DNA of 64,000 nt, from positions 2,542,001 to 2,606,000 of the forward strand of contig OZ374562.1 in assembly GCA_977862235.1 (NCBI GenBank). Direction: 5' to 3'. Below the pieces are notes generated by a model. That model ran no database searches, had not been told where the DNA came from, and worked only from the letters and a program-made list of their open reading frames with translations. Both the position numbers and the translations under genes were made by a program. Numbering within the stretch: position 1 is the first letter of the stretch; each line of letters starts with the position of its first letter. Source of the stretch: Dudresnaya verticillata. Its lineage: Eukaryota. Shown here piece after piece: positions 1 to 12,900 of this stretch.

Positions 1-159
1 CGGTATCCATACAGAAAGGCTGTTTCTGCGACTCGTACAGGGACGTCCAAGGGGTCAGTGAGAGCACTTACTACGGCCGCCACGGAGACCACCACGAAGA
101 CTTTGGAAGACACCTCTGTGGGATTGGAAAGGCGTACCAAGGATACCATCCAGCACTAG
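1..159 (+). CDS. 3' end of another copy of the secreted Cys-rich 175-aa gene (partial, cut by the window edge)
   Basis: Identical to 4892..5050; TAG at 157-159. Confidence 0.7.
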   Translation, partial: RYPYRKAVSATRTGTSKGSVRALTTAATETTTKTLEDTSVGLERRTKDTIQH

Positions 160-2070
160 AAGTGTACAGAGAGATCTCCTTTGCAGCCTACCAAAATGTC
201 AAGGTTTCAGAAGGTACTGTTTGTGAGGCGGTTGAGAGTGAAGTCATAGAAGGTATGAATTTTGTATCGTCCATGTCTGTCAATGTTGGTAAGTATGTGG
301 GCAGCATAGTGTGAAGATTTTTTGTTGTATCTTATCGCTTTTGGTCGTCGCTGTTATAGCTGTGGCTGCGAAGCAAGTGTGATTATGTTGTTATGTTATT
401 GTGGGATCCCAGTTATTGTTGGAGCCATCGAAAGTAGTTTAGCAGCACGAGAGGTTGAAGTAAATGTCGCCATGTAGATGCTTCTGTCAATACCCAATTC
501 CATCGGTGTTCATAACAATCGGGCCTGAGAGCGCACAAATCGGTGCCTTTTTTTCGACGACCAAGTCTAAGGCAGGGAATGGGTGACATTAAACAATTAT
601 CTGCAAAAGTAGTTCGTGTCTCTCTAACAATGAGTTGGCTTGACTGAACAAAAGGGAACCCCGAAAGCATCTACTCCGTGTCTCCATACTTTGAAGACAA
701 CAGAAAGATCTATCCAGGCTTCAGGCTCCGGGCTGCCCCTCCGGGCTGTAGGAAGAGCCTGGTCATCAGGGAGAATTCAGTAATGTTCTCTATATTTTTC
801 CTCATAGTTCGTTAGTGTTACAGTGCGTCGCCGTCTCAGTTAACAGGCGTAAGCTTGTTGACCGCCGTGTTAGAAACAGTGCATATTAAGTCCCCTTAAG
901 GGGCTTACTCTCCAATTTGAGAATAAAGGGATGCTTGCTCATAGCGATGCTGCGGTATAGCAAGGCGTAAAGGAGATTGGCAACATAATTATACTTATTC
1001 AACAAATGCATTCATGATCATCACAACTTTATTGAAGCAAGACGAAGCTGCTTTGAACACTGAAATCCAGTGCTATCCCTTGCAGGAAATATTTCATATG
1101 AAAGAAGAGCAGCAGAAGTCCTGCCGCATAGCCACATGCATAATAAAACACTCCTAACCCTGCGGCCAACACGCTTACGCCTGCTATTTGTGTTGAATAC
1201 TGTCTTACTACATCACTCGTGGACGACATCACTTGGTGTAATCGCACTAACCTCAGCAAGTGTTTATCCGCCAAGTTGCATAAGTGGACGTGTTGAGAAA
1301 GAAAGTGAGCTGTGTAGCGTCAACCAATTTTGCGGATGAGGTAAGCAAACATTGAGGTGGATGCTGAATTCATCTTGTGTGATTGTTAATCGTTTTGTTT
1401 AGATGTATTACTTGAGGTCTATGGTCTCCACACTCTATTAGGAACAGACCTGCCTTTAGCATGTCGTGGTTTAGCAATGACTACGAAGCAGTACAAGTAC
1501 TCTACCGGATCTCGGGTTTGATACCAGGACACTACGCTTTGAGAACAACTATCACCATATCCAACACCCACGAAGAAGAAAAAAGAACTGTTCTCAGCCT
1601 ACATATACGTGTGACCTGCAGCTTTTGAACAGAACTGTAACAGCGGGCCTCTACATATAGCAATACAAAGTAAAGGATGGGTCTTAAACGAGAAACTAAT
1701 ATTGCTCTCCAGCTGCCTTAACGCAGTACGAAGCATTCTGTCCCCGCGCTGCAATAATCACTTCGATGACATTAATACCACATAAAGCATTGTCGGGGGA
1801 TGGATTACATCCCTTAAGAGTAGGAAAACAACTTATTGAATCCGGAAAGGATAGGGTATCGTCTACAGTCGCAACACTCGTACCTTTACAACCTTTTCTT
1901 CCGAGAGTTGAACGTATCGTTACATCAGGCTAATTCTGTTATTGTGAAATAGAACCAACCCCTTATGAATATGGGCATGTAGCAGACCGGGATAAAGATC
2001 TCGCGATATTTGCACCTTCGCGGATTCGGTCCAAAATGATTTGAAGGCACAGCAATCATAGCAATACTGT

Positions 2071-2340
2071 ATGGACGTTTTCGTTGATGTCCTTCGCAGC
2101 GTGGCTTCGCACCAACTGCTCAAGCGTTTGATGTCTCGGTTGTAACTCCGCACTCTTCCTCTTCTCGTGCTCTGCCTCGAGCCCATCTTGCGATTCAATC
2201 TCGTGAAAAGGAAAAAGTCCGCCACTATCGTAGGCTCTGCGAAAACAACCATTTCCAGTCGATTTCGAACTACATCCCATGGCTATGGACATCTATGGCT
2301 CCATCGGCCATGGCTTTGATCGCGGTGCGCAACTGTACAC
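2071..2340 (+). mobile_element. Frameshifted fragment of a CRE-like non-LTR retrotransposon RLE endonuclease region (copies at 6962..7231 and 11853..12122)
   Basis: Manual translation across frameshifts gives MDVFVD..GFAPTAQAFDVSVVTPHS..SREKEKVRHYRRLC..DFELHPMAMDIYGSIGHGFDRGAQ. This aligns with the 51181 ORF (LDIYVDDRSFAPKAQTFDVSVVSPHS..RERAKSSYYRAVC..IELHPMVIDIYGRTGAGFDIGAQ). Confidence 0.75.
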
Positions 2341-4522
2341 AATCTGCTCTCAACACAATCTTGCGAGTATCGCAAGTGATGCTTGCGGGTGTAATGTGTA
2401 AGCCCCTCCCTTTTGTGTCATTATGGTCATCTTAAAGGGAGAAGCGTTTTATCCGGGTCCGAGTTGCTCACCGCAACAATCACAGCCCGTTTCCCTTTCG
2501 TCCGGGCGTCTTCCTGAAGTATGAGAACATGAAACCATGCTGCATACGGACAAATTCTGTGGGTTACAACAGGGTCCGATCCATATAATTGTCGCCTGTG
2601 GAGAAAGAAAAAGGGCAAGCAATAAGGAATCCTAAAAGCAAAGGTAACACCCCGTGTGCAATAGAATGTATCTAGTAATAGAATACAATTCGACTATCTT
2701 GTCCGGTAAGCCCATTGCACTCTAAAGCAGTTGTGCAGTAGCTAGTGATACTTAACAAAACTTGCTTGGCTGCTATGGACCGAGTATAACTTCACTATAG
2801 GTTTTGTGAGGCAATAAGGGTAGCCCCGTTTTCATCCGTGGAAACGTTTGTCGAGCCCTGACGAGAAGTGCCATCGAATACCTTAATATTTGTCGCTATG
2901 CTGCTGTTGTGCTATGCCTTCTCTTTCCACAGTACTGCAGTTCACAGTACAGTACCCAAATTCCCAATCCCGACTTTATAGTGCGCTTCATCGGCTCATC
3001 GTAGTCGAAGGTTCAAAGCTCCCTCAACCACACACGCCGAGTCGGGTTTCTAATCCACACAACAAGAACACATGGTGAATATTCCGCTCCCAACACATTG
3101 CCTTGTTGTTCAGTCTTCACGTTTGCAGACAAACCTAATGTAACAGCTACAGACTTGATTTGTTTTTATGTAAGAGGCCGGCAATGTAACAGACAATGCA
3201 CACTCCACTTTTCATGAAGTGCATACATCGAGTGAAACTGTTTACGACCATTACCACACATCCTGGACGTTAGCAATTTTGGCGCTCTGTACGGATTCCT
3301 GACCACAAGGCAGGAGCGCATCATAACGCGCTCTAGCGTTCTAGTATGGATCTAGCCGTTCAGCAGATCTAGCGCTGTCTCCGATGGCGCGGAAGACATA
3401 AGAGATTTCTCCGAGACACTACTGTATATTGAGTTTCCGAAGCGCATTCGAGAAAGGCCTTGCTGGGAACGGCGGCCGCATCGCGATGGTGCTGTGCTAC
3501 GTATTTCGTTCCATGGCTATGCTTTTCTTCCGTCGTGGAGATAGCGTGGCTTACTTGTGACCTTGACTTTGAGTAGTTAACAGCTGGTGCATACAACACT
3601 TGAATGCAATGAGGGTATCGCCATGCAATGGTGCTAATTCAATTGCCAGTGTAGCAAACGGAAGCACACGCTTCACGGTCGCACTACACGAACGGCTGAG
3701 AACCGCGAACAACAGAGGTAGTGTTCAGACACTCCAGACCCTCCATTCGCACTATGACGGCTGCTTCCATAACGGCATGTCACATTGTCTACATATTGAA
3801 TGCGGTTGTGTGCCCTGTTGCGAAGATTCGAGTCCGCTTCCGCACTGCAGTTGTTCCATCCATCCAGAACCTATATTTTATGTTAGCTATCTGTTATCCA
3901 CATACTCAGCCCCAGACCCCAAACAGTATACCTCTATGTTGACAATACCTAGAGTCTGTAGTATAGCTATGCTTCTAGCTCTATACATAGAGTGTGCATG
4001 CCACGGAACTCGAACCGCTTTGTTAAATATTCTACGCTACAGCAGTAGCACTGAAACGGTTTCCGACCTCTTATTCTGCCGAACAAGGTCGAGACTACTT
4101 TGCCCGCACACATGCGCAGTTGCAACAGTTTCAACACCTATCTTTTAATGCAATGCCAACATGGTGTTAGACAAAGCGTTCTGCATCGAATGCGTCCTTC
4201 TGCATCTACAGGATGCAATCCTGCAAGCCGACGCTGCGAACTTTACCATCTACACATCCTTCAACTTTATTTTTCCAGTCATGACCGGCCGCAGTTCTCT
4301 CACGCAGTTCTCTCACACCGAATTGGTAGAACAAAGTTCCTTCCGTTCCGTACTTAAAGCCCTTAACGTCTCAATCGCAGTCCAAAATATTCCCACCCAC
4401 CACACCCCCATCGCATCACATCTACCTGTTATTACAGGTACAAACGTAGTCAAAAGAACTGCACAGGTAGGTACCCTGCCCCTTCATCAACTCTCCGTCG
4501 CCTACCAACTCAACAGCTCAAT

Positions 4523-5050
4523 ATGTTTACTCGATTTGTCCTTTTTGTGGCACTCGTGCTCCCGTATTTATGCTCTGCTGTCAGGTGCCCTCTCCGTGGT
4601 GTCTGTGTGCCGGATTATATTTGCCGTATCCAAGGCCGTCGGCCCTTGCACGGGAATTATTGTGGGCATCAGAGAGGCGTTGAATGCTGCCCCTACTTCA
4701 GGTACCGGTTTTGCTCTGTCGATCGAGGGCGTTTTCTCGACCGTGCACAAGGGGTTTGCCAACCTAGCTCTACATGCCGCGGAAAAGGTGCATACTCCGT
4801 CGAGACGTCACAATGCAGTTCTGGTCACTTTATTACATGCTGTGTTGGCTCCTCCATACTGCCATATCTACCTGGCCCTTCCAGTGATCCACGGTATCCA
4901 TACAGAAAGGCTGTTTCTGCGACTCGTACAGGGACGTCCAAGGGGTCAGTGAGAGCACTTACTACGGCCGCCACGGAGACCACCACGAAGACTTTGGAAG
5001 ACACCTCTGTGGGATTGGAAAGGCGTACCAAGGATACCATCCAGCACTAG
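4523..5050 (+). CDS. Secreted Cys-rich protein with two C..GxC-x5-C-x12-C-x7-CC (beta-defensin/clip-like) modules
   Basis: Hydrophobic N-terminus MFTRFVLFVALVLPYLCSA; two six-Cys modules with the same spacing ending in CC; Thr-rich tail. Confidence 0.8.
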   Translation: MFTRFVLFVALVLPYLCSAVRCPLRGVCVPDYICRIQGRRPLHGNYCGHQRGVECCPYFRYRFCSVDRGRFLDRAQGVCQPSSTCRGKGAYSVETSQCSSGHFITCCVGSSILPYLPGPSSDPRYPYRKAVSATRTGTSKGSVRALTTAATETTTKTLEDTSVGLERRTKDTIQH

Positions 5051-8000
5051 AAGTGTACAGAGAGATCTCCTTTGCAGCCTACCAAAATGTCAAGGTTTCA
5101 GAAGGTACTGTTTGTGAGGCGGTTGAGAGTGAAGTCATAGAAGGTATGAATTTTGTATCGTCCATGTCTGTCAATGTTGGTAAGTATGTGGGCAGCATAG
5201 TGTGAAGATTTTTTGTTGTATCTTATCGCTTTTGGTCGTCGCTGTTATAGCTGTGGCTGCGAAGCAAGTGTGATTATGTTGTTATGTTATTGTGGGATCC
5301 CAGTTATTGTTGGAGCCATCGAAAGTAGTTTAGCAGCACGAGAGGTTGAAGTAAATGTCGCCATGTAGATGCTTCTGTCAATACCCAATTCCATCGGTGT
5401 TCATAACAATCGGGCCTGAGAGCGCACAAATCGGTGCCTTTTTTTCGACGACCAAGTCTAAGGCAGGGAATGGGTGACATTAAACAATTATCTGCAAAAG
5501 TAGTTCGTGTCTCTCTAACAATGAGTTGGCTTGACTGAACAAAAGGGAACCCCGAAAGCATCTACTCCGTGTCTCCATACTTTGAAGACAACAGAAAGAT
5601 CTATCCAGGCTTCAGGCTCCGGGCTGCCCCTCCGGGCTGTAGGAAGAGCCTGGTCATCAGGGAGAATTCAGTAATGTTCTCTATATTTTTCCTCATAGTT
5701 CGTTAGTGTTACAGTGCGTCGCCGTCTCAGTTAACAGGCGTAAGCTTGTTGACCGCCGTGTTAGAAACAGTGCATATTAAGTCCCCTTAAGGGGCTTACT
5801 CTCCAATTTGAGAATAAAGGGATGCTTGCTCATAGCGATGCTGCGGTATAGCAAGGCGTAAAGGAGATTGGCAACATAATTATACTTATTCAACAAATGC
5901 ATTCATGATCATCACAACTTTATTGAAGCAAGACGAAGCTGCTTTGAACACTGAAATCCAGTGCTATCCCTTGCAGGAAATATTTCATATGAAAGAAGAG
6001 CAGCAGAAGTCCTGCCGCATAGCCACATGCATAATAAAACACTCCTAACCCTGCGGCCAACACGCTTACGCCTGCTATTTGTGTTGAATACTGTCTTACT
6101 ACATCACTCGTGGACGACATCACTTGGTGTAATCGCACTAACCTCAGCAAGTGTTTATCCGCCAAGTTGCATAAGTGGACGTGTTGAGAAAGAAAGTGAG
6201 CTGTGTAGCGTCAACCAATTTTGCGGATGAGGTAAGCAAACATTGAGGTGGATGCTGAATTCATCTTGTGTGATTGTTAATCGTTTTGTTTAGATGTATT
6301 ACTTGAGGTCTATGGTCTCCACACTCTATTAGGAACAGACCTGCCTTTAGCATGTCGTGGTTTAGCAATGACTACGAAGCAGTACAAGTACTCTACCGGA
6401 TCTCGGGTTTGATACCAGGACACTACGCTTTGAGAACAACTATCACCATATCCAACACCCACGAAGAAGAAAAAAGAACTGTTCTCAGCCTACATATACG
6501 TGTGACCTGCAGCTTTTGAACAGAACTGTAACAGCGGGCCTCTACATATAGCAATACAAAGTAAAGGATGGGTCTTAAACGAGAAACTAATATTGCTCTC
6601 CAGCTGCCTTAACGCAGTACGAAGCATTCTGTCCCCGCGCTGCAATAATCACTTCGATGACATTAATACCACATAAAGCATTGTCGGGGGATGGATTACA
6701 TCCCTTAAGAGTAGGAAAACAACTTATTGAATCCGGAAAGGATAGGGTATCGTCTACAGTCGCAACACTCGTACCTTTACAACCTTTTCTTCCGAGAGTT
6801 GAACGTATCGTTACATCAGGCTAATTCTGTTATTGTGAAATAGAACCAACCCCTTATGAATATGGGCATGTAGCAGACCGGGATAAAGATCTCGCGATAT
6901 TTGCACCTTCGCGGATTCGGTCCAAAATGATTTGAAGGCACAGCAATCATAGCAATACTGTATGGACGTTTTCGTTGATGTCCTTCGCAGCGTGGCTTCG
7001 CACCAACTGCTCAAGCGTTTGATGTCTCGGTTGTAACTCCGCACTCTTCCTCTTCTCGTGCTCTGCCTCGAGCCCATCTTGCGATTCAATCTCGTGAAAA
7101 GGAAAAAGTCCGCCACTATCGTAGGCTCTGCGAAAACAACCATTTCCAGTCGATTTCGAACTACATCCCATGGCTATGGACATCTATGGCTCCATCGGCC
7201 ATGGCTTTGATCGCGGTGCGCAACTGTACACAATCTGCTCTCAACACAATCTTGCGAGTATCGCAAGTGATGCTTGCGGGTGTAATGTGTAAGCCCCTCC
7301 CTTTTGTGTCATTATGGTCATCTTAAAGGGAGAAGCGTTTTATCCGGGTCCGAGTTGCTCACCGCAACAATCACAGCCCGTTTCCCTTTCGTCCGGGCGT
7401 CTTCCTGAAGTATGAGAACATGAAACCATGCTGCATACGGACAAATTCTGTGGGTTACAACAGGGTCCGATCCATATAATTGTCGCCTGTGGAGAAAGAA
7501 AAAGGGCAAGCAATAAGGAATCCTAAAAGCAAAGGTAACACCCCGTGTGCAATAGAATGTATCTAGTAATAGAATACAATTCGACTATCTTGTCCGGTAA
7601 GCCCATTGCACTCTAAAGCAGTTGTGCAGTAGCTAGTGATACTTAACAAAACTTGCTTGGCTGCTATGGACCGAGTATAACTTCACTATAGGTTTTGTGA
7701 GGCAATAAGGGTAGCCCCGTTTTCATCCGTGGAAACGTTTGTCGAGCCCTGACGAGAAGTGCCATCGAATACCTTAATATTTGTCGCTATGCTGCTGTTG
7801 TGCTATGCCTTCTCTTTCCACAGTACTGCAGTTCACAGTACAGTACCCAAATTCCCAATCCCGACTTTATAGTGCGCTTCATCGGCTCATCGTAGTCGAA
7901 GGTTCAAAGCTCCCTCAACCACACACGCCGAGTCGGGTTTCTAATCCACACAACAAGAACACATGGTGAATATTCCGCTCCCAACACATTGCCTTGTTGT

Positions 8001-9413
8001 TCAGTCTTCACGTTTGCAGACAAACCTAATGTAACAGCTACAGACTTGATTTGTTTTTATGTAAGAGGCCGGCAATGTAACAGACAATGCACACTCCACT
8101 TTTCATGAAGTGCATACATCGAGTGAAACTGTTTACGACCATTACCACACATCCTGGACGTTAGCAATTTTGGCGCTCTGTACGGATTCCTGACCACAAG
8201 GCAGGAGCGCATCATAACGCGCTCTAGCGTTCTAGTATGGATCTAGCCGTTCAGCAGATCTAGCGCTGTCTCCGATGGCGCGGAAGACATAAGAGATTTC
8301 TCCGAGACACTACTGTATATTGAGTTTCCGAAGCGCATTCGAGAAAGGCCTTGCTGGGAACGGCGGCCGCATCGCGATGGTGCTGTGCTACGTATTTCGT
8401 TCCATGGCTATGCTTTTCTTCCGTCGTGGAGATAGCGTGGCTTACTTGTGACCTTGACTTTGAGTAGTTAACAGCTGGTGCATACAACACTTGAATGCAA
8501 TGAGGGTATCGCCATGCAATGGTGCTAATTCAATTGCCAGTGTAGCAAACGGAAGCACACGCTTCACGGTCGCACTACACGAACGGCTGAGAACCGCGAA
8601 CAACAGAGGTAGTGTTCAGACACTCCAGACCCTCCATTCGCACTATGACGGCTGCTTCCATAACGGCATGTCACATTGTCTACATATTGAATGCGGTTGT
8701 GTGCCCTGTTGCGAAGATTCGAGTCCGCTTCCGCACTGCAGTTGTTCCATCCATCCAGAACCTATATTTTATGTTAGCTATCTGTTATCCACATACTCAG
8801 CCCCAGACCCCAAACAGTATACCTCTATGTTGACAATACCTAGAGTCTGTAGTATAGCTATGCTTCTAGCTCTATACATAGAGTGTGCATGCCACGGAAC
8901 TCGAACCGCTTTGTTAAATATTCTACGCTACAGCAGTAGCACTGAAACGGTTTCCGACCTCTTATTCTGCCGAACAAGGTCGAGACTACTTTGCCCGCAC
9001 ACATGCGCAGTTGCAACAGTTTCAACACCTATCTTTTAATGCAATGCCAACATGGTGTTAGACAAAGCGTTCTGCATCGAATGCGTCCTTCTGCATCTAC
9101 AGGATGCAATCCTGCAAGCCGACGCTGCGAACTTTACCATCTACACATCCTTCAACTTTATTTTTCCAGTCATGACCGGCCGCAGTTCTCTCACGCAGTT
9201 CTCTCACACCGAATTGGTAGAACAAAGTTCCTTCCGTTCCGTACTTAAAGCCCTTAACGTCTCAATCGCAGTCCAAAATATTCCCACCCACCACACCCCC
9301 ATCGCATCACATCTACCTGTTATTACAGGTACAAACGTAGTCAAAAGAACTGCACAGGTAGGTACCCTGCCCCTTCATCAACTCTCCGTCGCCTACCAAC
9401 TCAACAGCTCAAT

Positions 9414-9941
9414 ATGTTTACTCGATTTGTCCTTTTTGTGGCACTCGTGCTCCCGTATTTATGCTCTGCTGTCAGGTGCCCTCTCCGTGGTGTCTGTGTG
9501 CCGGATTATATTTGCCGTATCCAAGGCCGTCGGCCCTTGCACGGGAATTATTGTGGGCATCAGAGAGGCGTTGAATGCTGCCCCTACTTCAGGTACCGGT
9601 TTTGCTCTGTCGATCGAGGGCGTTTTCTCGACCGTGCACAAGGGGTTTGCCAACCTAGCTCTACATGCCGCGGAAAAGGTGCATACTCCGTCGAGACGTC
9701 ACAATGCAGTTCTGGTCACTTTATTACATGCTGTGTTGGCTCCTCCATACTGCCATATCTACCTGGCCCTTCCAGTGATCCACGGTATCCATACAGAAAG
9801 GCTGTTTCTGCGACTCGTACAGGGACGTCCAAGGGGTCAGTGAGAGCACTTACTACGGCCGCCACGGAGACCACCACGAAGACTTTGGAAGACACCTCTG
9901 TGGGATTGGAAAGGCGTACCAAGGATACCATCCAGCACTAG
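9414..9941 (+). CDS. Identical copy of the secreted Cys-rich 175-aa gene
   Basis: Same translation as 4523..5050. Confidence 0.8.
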   Translation: MFTRFVLFVALVLPYLCSAVRCPLRGVCVPDYICRIQGRRPLHGNYCGHQRGVECCPYFRYRFCSVDRGRFLDRAQGVCQPSSTCRGKGAYSVETSQCSSGHFITCCVGSSILPYLPGPSSDPRYPYRKAVSATRTGTSKGSVRALTTAATETTTKTLEDTSVGLERRTKDTIQH

Positions 9942-12900
9942 AAGTGTACAGAGAGATCTCCTTTGCAGCCTACCAAAATGTCAAGGTTTCAGAAGGTACT
10001 GTTTGTGAGGCGGTTGAGAGTGAAGTCATAGAAGGTATGAATTTTGTATCGTCCATGTCTGTCAATGTTGGTAAGTATGTGGGCAGCATAGTGTGAAGAT
10101 TTTTTGTTGTATCTTATCGCTTTTGGTCGTCGCTGTTATAGCTGTGGCTGCGAAGCAAGTGTGATTATGTTGTTATGTTATTGTGGGATCCCAGTTATTG
10201 TTGGAGCCATCGAAAGTAGTTTAGCAGCACGAGAGGTTGAAGTAAATGTCGCCATGTAGATGCTTCTGTCAATACCCAATTCCATCGGTGTTCATAACAA
10301 TCGGGCCTGAGAGCGCACAAATCGGTGCCTTTTTTTCGACGACCAAGTCTAAGGCAGGGAATGGGTGACATTAAACAATTATCTGCAAAAGTAGTTCGTG
10401 TCTCTCTAACAATGAGTTGGCTTGACTGAACAAAAGGGAACCCCGAAAGCATCTACTCCGTGTCTCCATACTTTGAAGACAGCAGAAAGATCTATCCAGG
10501 CTTCAGGCTCCGGGCTGCCCCTCCGGGCTGTAGGAAGAGCCTGGTCATCAGGGAGAATTCAGTAATGTTCTCTATATTTTTCCTCATAGTTCGTTAGTGT
10601 TACAGTGCGTCGCCGTCTCAGTTAACAGGCGTAAGCTTGTTGACCGCCGTGTTAGAAACAGTGCATATTAAGTCCCCTTAAGGGGCTTACTCTCCAATTT
10701 GAGAATAAAGGGATGCTTGCTCATAGCGATGCTGCGGTATAGCAAGGCGTAAAGGAGATTGGCAACATAATTATACTTATTCAACAAATGCATTCATGAT
10801 CATCACAACTTTATTGAAGCAAGACGAAGCTGCTTTGAACACTGAAATCCAGTGCTATCCCTTGCAGGAAATATTTCATATGAAAGAAGAGCAGCAGAAG
10901 TCCTGCCGCATAGCCACATGCATAATAAAACACTCCTAACCCTGCGGCCAACACGCTTACGCCTGCTATTTGTGTTGAATACTGTCTTACTACATCACTC
11001 GTGGACGACATCACTTGGTGTAATCGCACTAACCTCAGCAAGTGTTTATCCGCCAAGTTGCATAAGTGGACGTGTTGAGAAAGAAAGTGAGCTGTGTAGC
11101 GTCAACCAATTTTGCGGATGAGGTAAGCAAACATTGAGGTGGATGCTGAATTCATCTTGTGTGATTGTTAATCGTTTTGTTTAGATGTATTACTTGAGGT
11201 CTATGGTCTCCACACTCTATTAGGAACAGACCTGCCTTTAGCATGTCGTGGTTTAGCAATGACTACGAAGCAGTACAAGTACTCTACCGGATCTCGGGTT
11301 TGATACCAGGACACTACGCTTTGAGAACAACTATCACCATATCCAACACCCACGAAGAAGAAAAAAGAACTGTTCTCAGCCTACATATACGTGTGACCTG
11401 CAGCTTTTGAACAGAACTGTAACAGCGGGCCTCTACATATAGCAATACAAAGTAAAGGATGGGTCTTAAACGAGAAACTAATATTGCTCTCCAGCTGCCT
11501 TAACGCAGTACGAAGCATTCTGTCCCCGCGCTGCAATAATCACTTCGATGACATTAATACCACATAAAGCATTGTCGGGGGATGGATTACATCCCTTAAG
11601 AGTAGGAAAACAACTTATTGAATCCGGAAAGGATAGGGTATCGTCTACAGTCGCAACACTCGTACCTTTACAACCTTTTCTTCCGAGAGTTGAACGTATC
11701 GTTACATCAGGCTAATTCTGTTATTGTGAAATAGAACCAACCCCTTATGAATATGGGCATGTAGCAGACCGGGATAAAGATCTCGCGATATTTGCACCTT
11801 CGCGGATTCGGTCCAAAATGATTTGAAGGCACAGCAATCATAGCAATACTGTATGGACGTTTTCGTTGATGTCCTTCGCAGCGTGGCTTCGCACCAACTG
11901 CTCAAGCGTTTGATGTCTCGGTTGTAACTCCGCACTCTTCCTCTTCTCGTGCTCTGCCTCGAGCCCATCTTGCGATTCAATCTCGTGAAAAGGAAAAAGT
12001 CCGCCACTATCGTAGGCTCTGCGAAAACAACCATTTCCAGTCGATTTCGAACTACATCCCATGGCTATGGACATCTATGGCTCCATCGGCCATGGCTTTG
12101 ATCGCGGTGCGCAACTGTACACAATCTGCTCTCAACACAATCTTGCGAGTATCGCAAGTGATGCTTGCGGGTGTAATGTGTAAGCCCCTCCCTTTTGTGT
12201 CATTATGGTCATCTTAAAGGGAGAAGCGTTTTATCCGGGTCCGAGTTGCTCACCGCAACAATCACAGCCCGTTTCCCTTTCGTCCGGGCGTCTTCCTGAA
12301 GTATGAGAACATGAAACCATGCTGCATACGGACAAATTCTGTGGGTTACAACAGGGTCCGATCCATATAATTGTCGCCTGTGGAGAAAGAAAAAGGGCAA
12401 GCAATAAGGAATCCTAAAAGCAAAGGTAACACCCCGTGTGCAATAGAATGTATCTAGTAATAGAATACAATTCGACTATCTTGTCCGGTAAGCCCATTGC
12501 ACTCTAAAGCAGTTGTGCAGTAGCTAGTGATACTTAACAAAACTTGCTTGGCTGCTATGGACCGAGTATAACTTCACTATAGGTTTTGTGAGGCAATAAG
12601 GGTAGCCCCGTTTTCATCCGTGGAAACGTTTGTCGAGCCCTGACGAGAAGTGCCATCGAATACCTTAATATTTGTCGCTATGCTGCTGTTGTGCTATGCC
12701 TTCTCTTTCCACAGTACTGCAGTTCACAGTACAGTACCCAAATTCCCAATCCCGACTTTATAGTGCGCTTCATCGGCTCATCGTAGTCGAAGGTTCAAAG
12801 CTCCCTCAACCACACACGCCGAGTCGGGTTTCTAATCCACACAACAAGAACACATGGTGAATATTCCGCTCCCAACACATTGCCTTGTTGTTCAGTCTTC

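Noticed and set aside
4894..4905. gtatccatacag as a micro-intron linking the two frames
   Set aside because: Only 12 nt and a multiple of 3, so too short and would not shift the frame.
3600..4952. 182-aa and 263-aa ORFs in the tandem unit
   Set aside because: No recognisable motifs; the first has a non-ATG start and the second overlaps the better-supported 175-aa gene. Their recurrence merely reflects DNA duplication.
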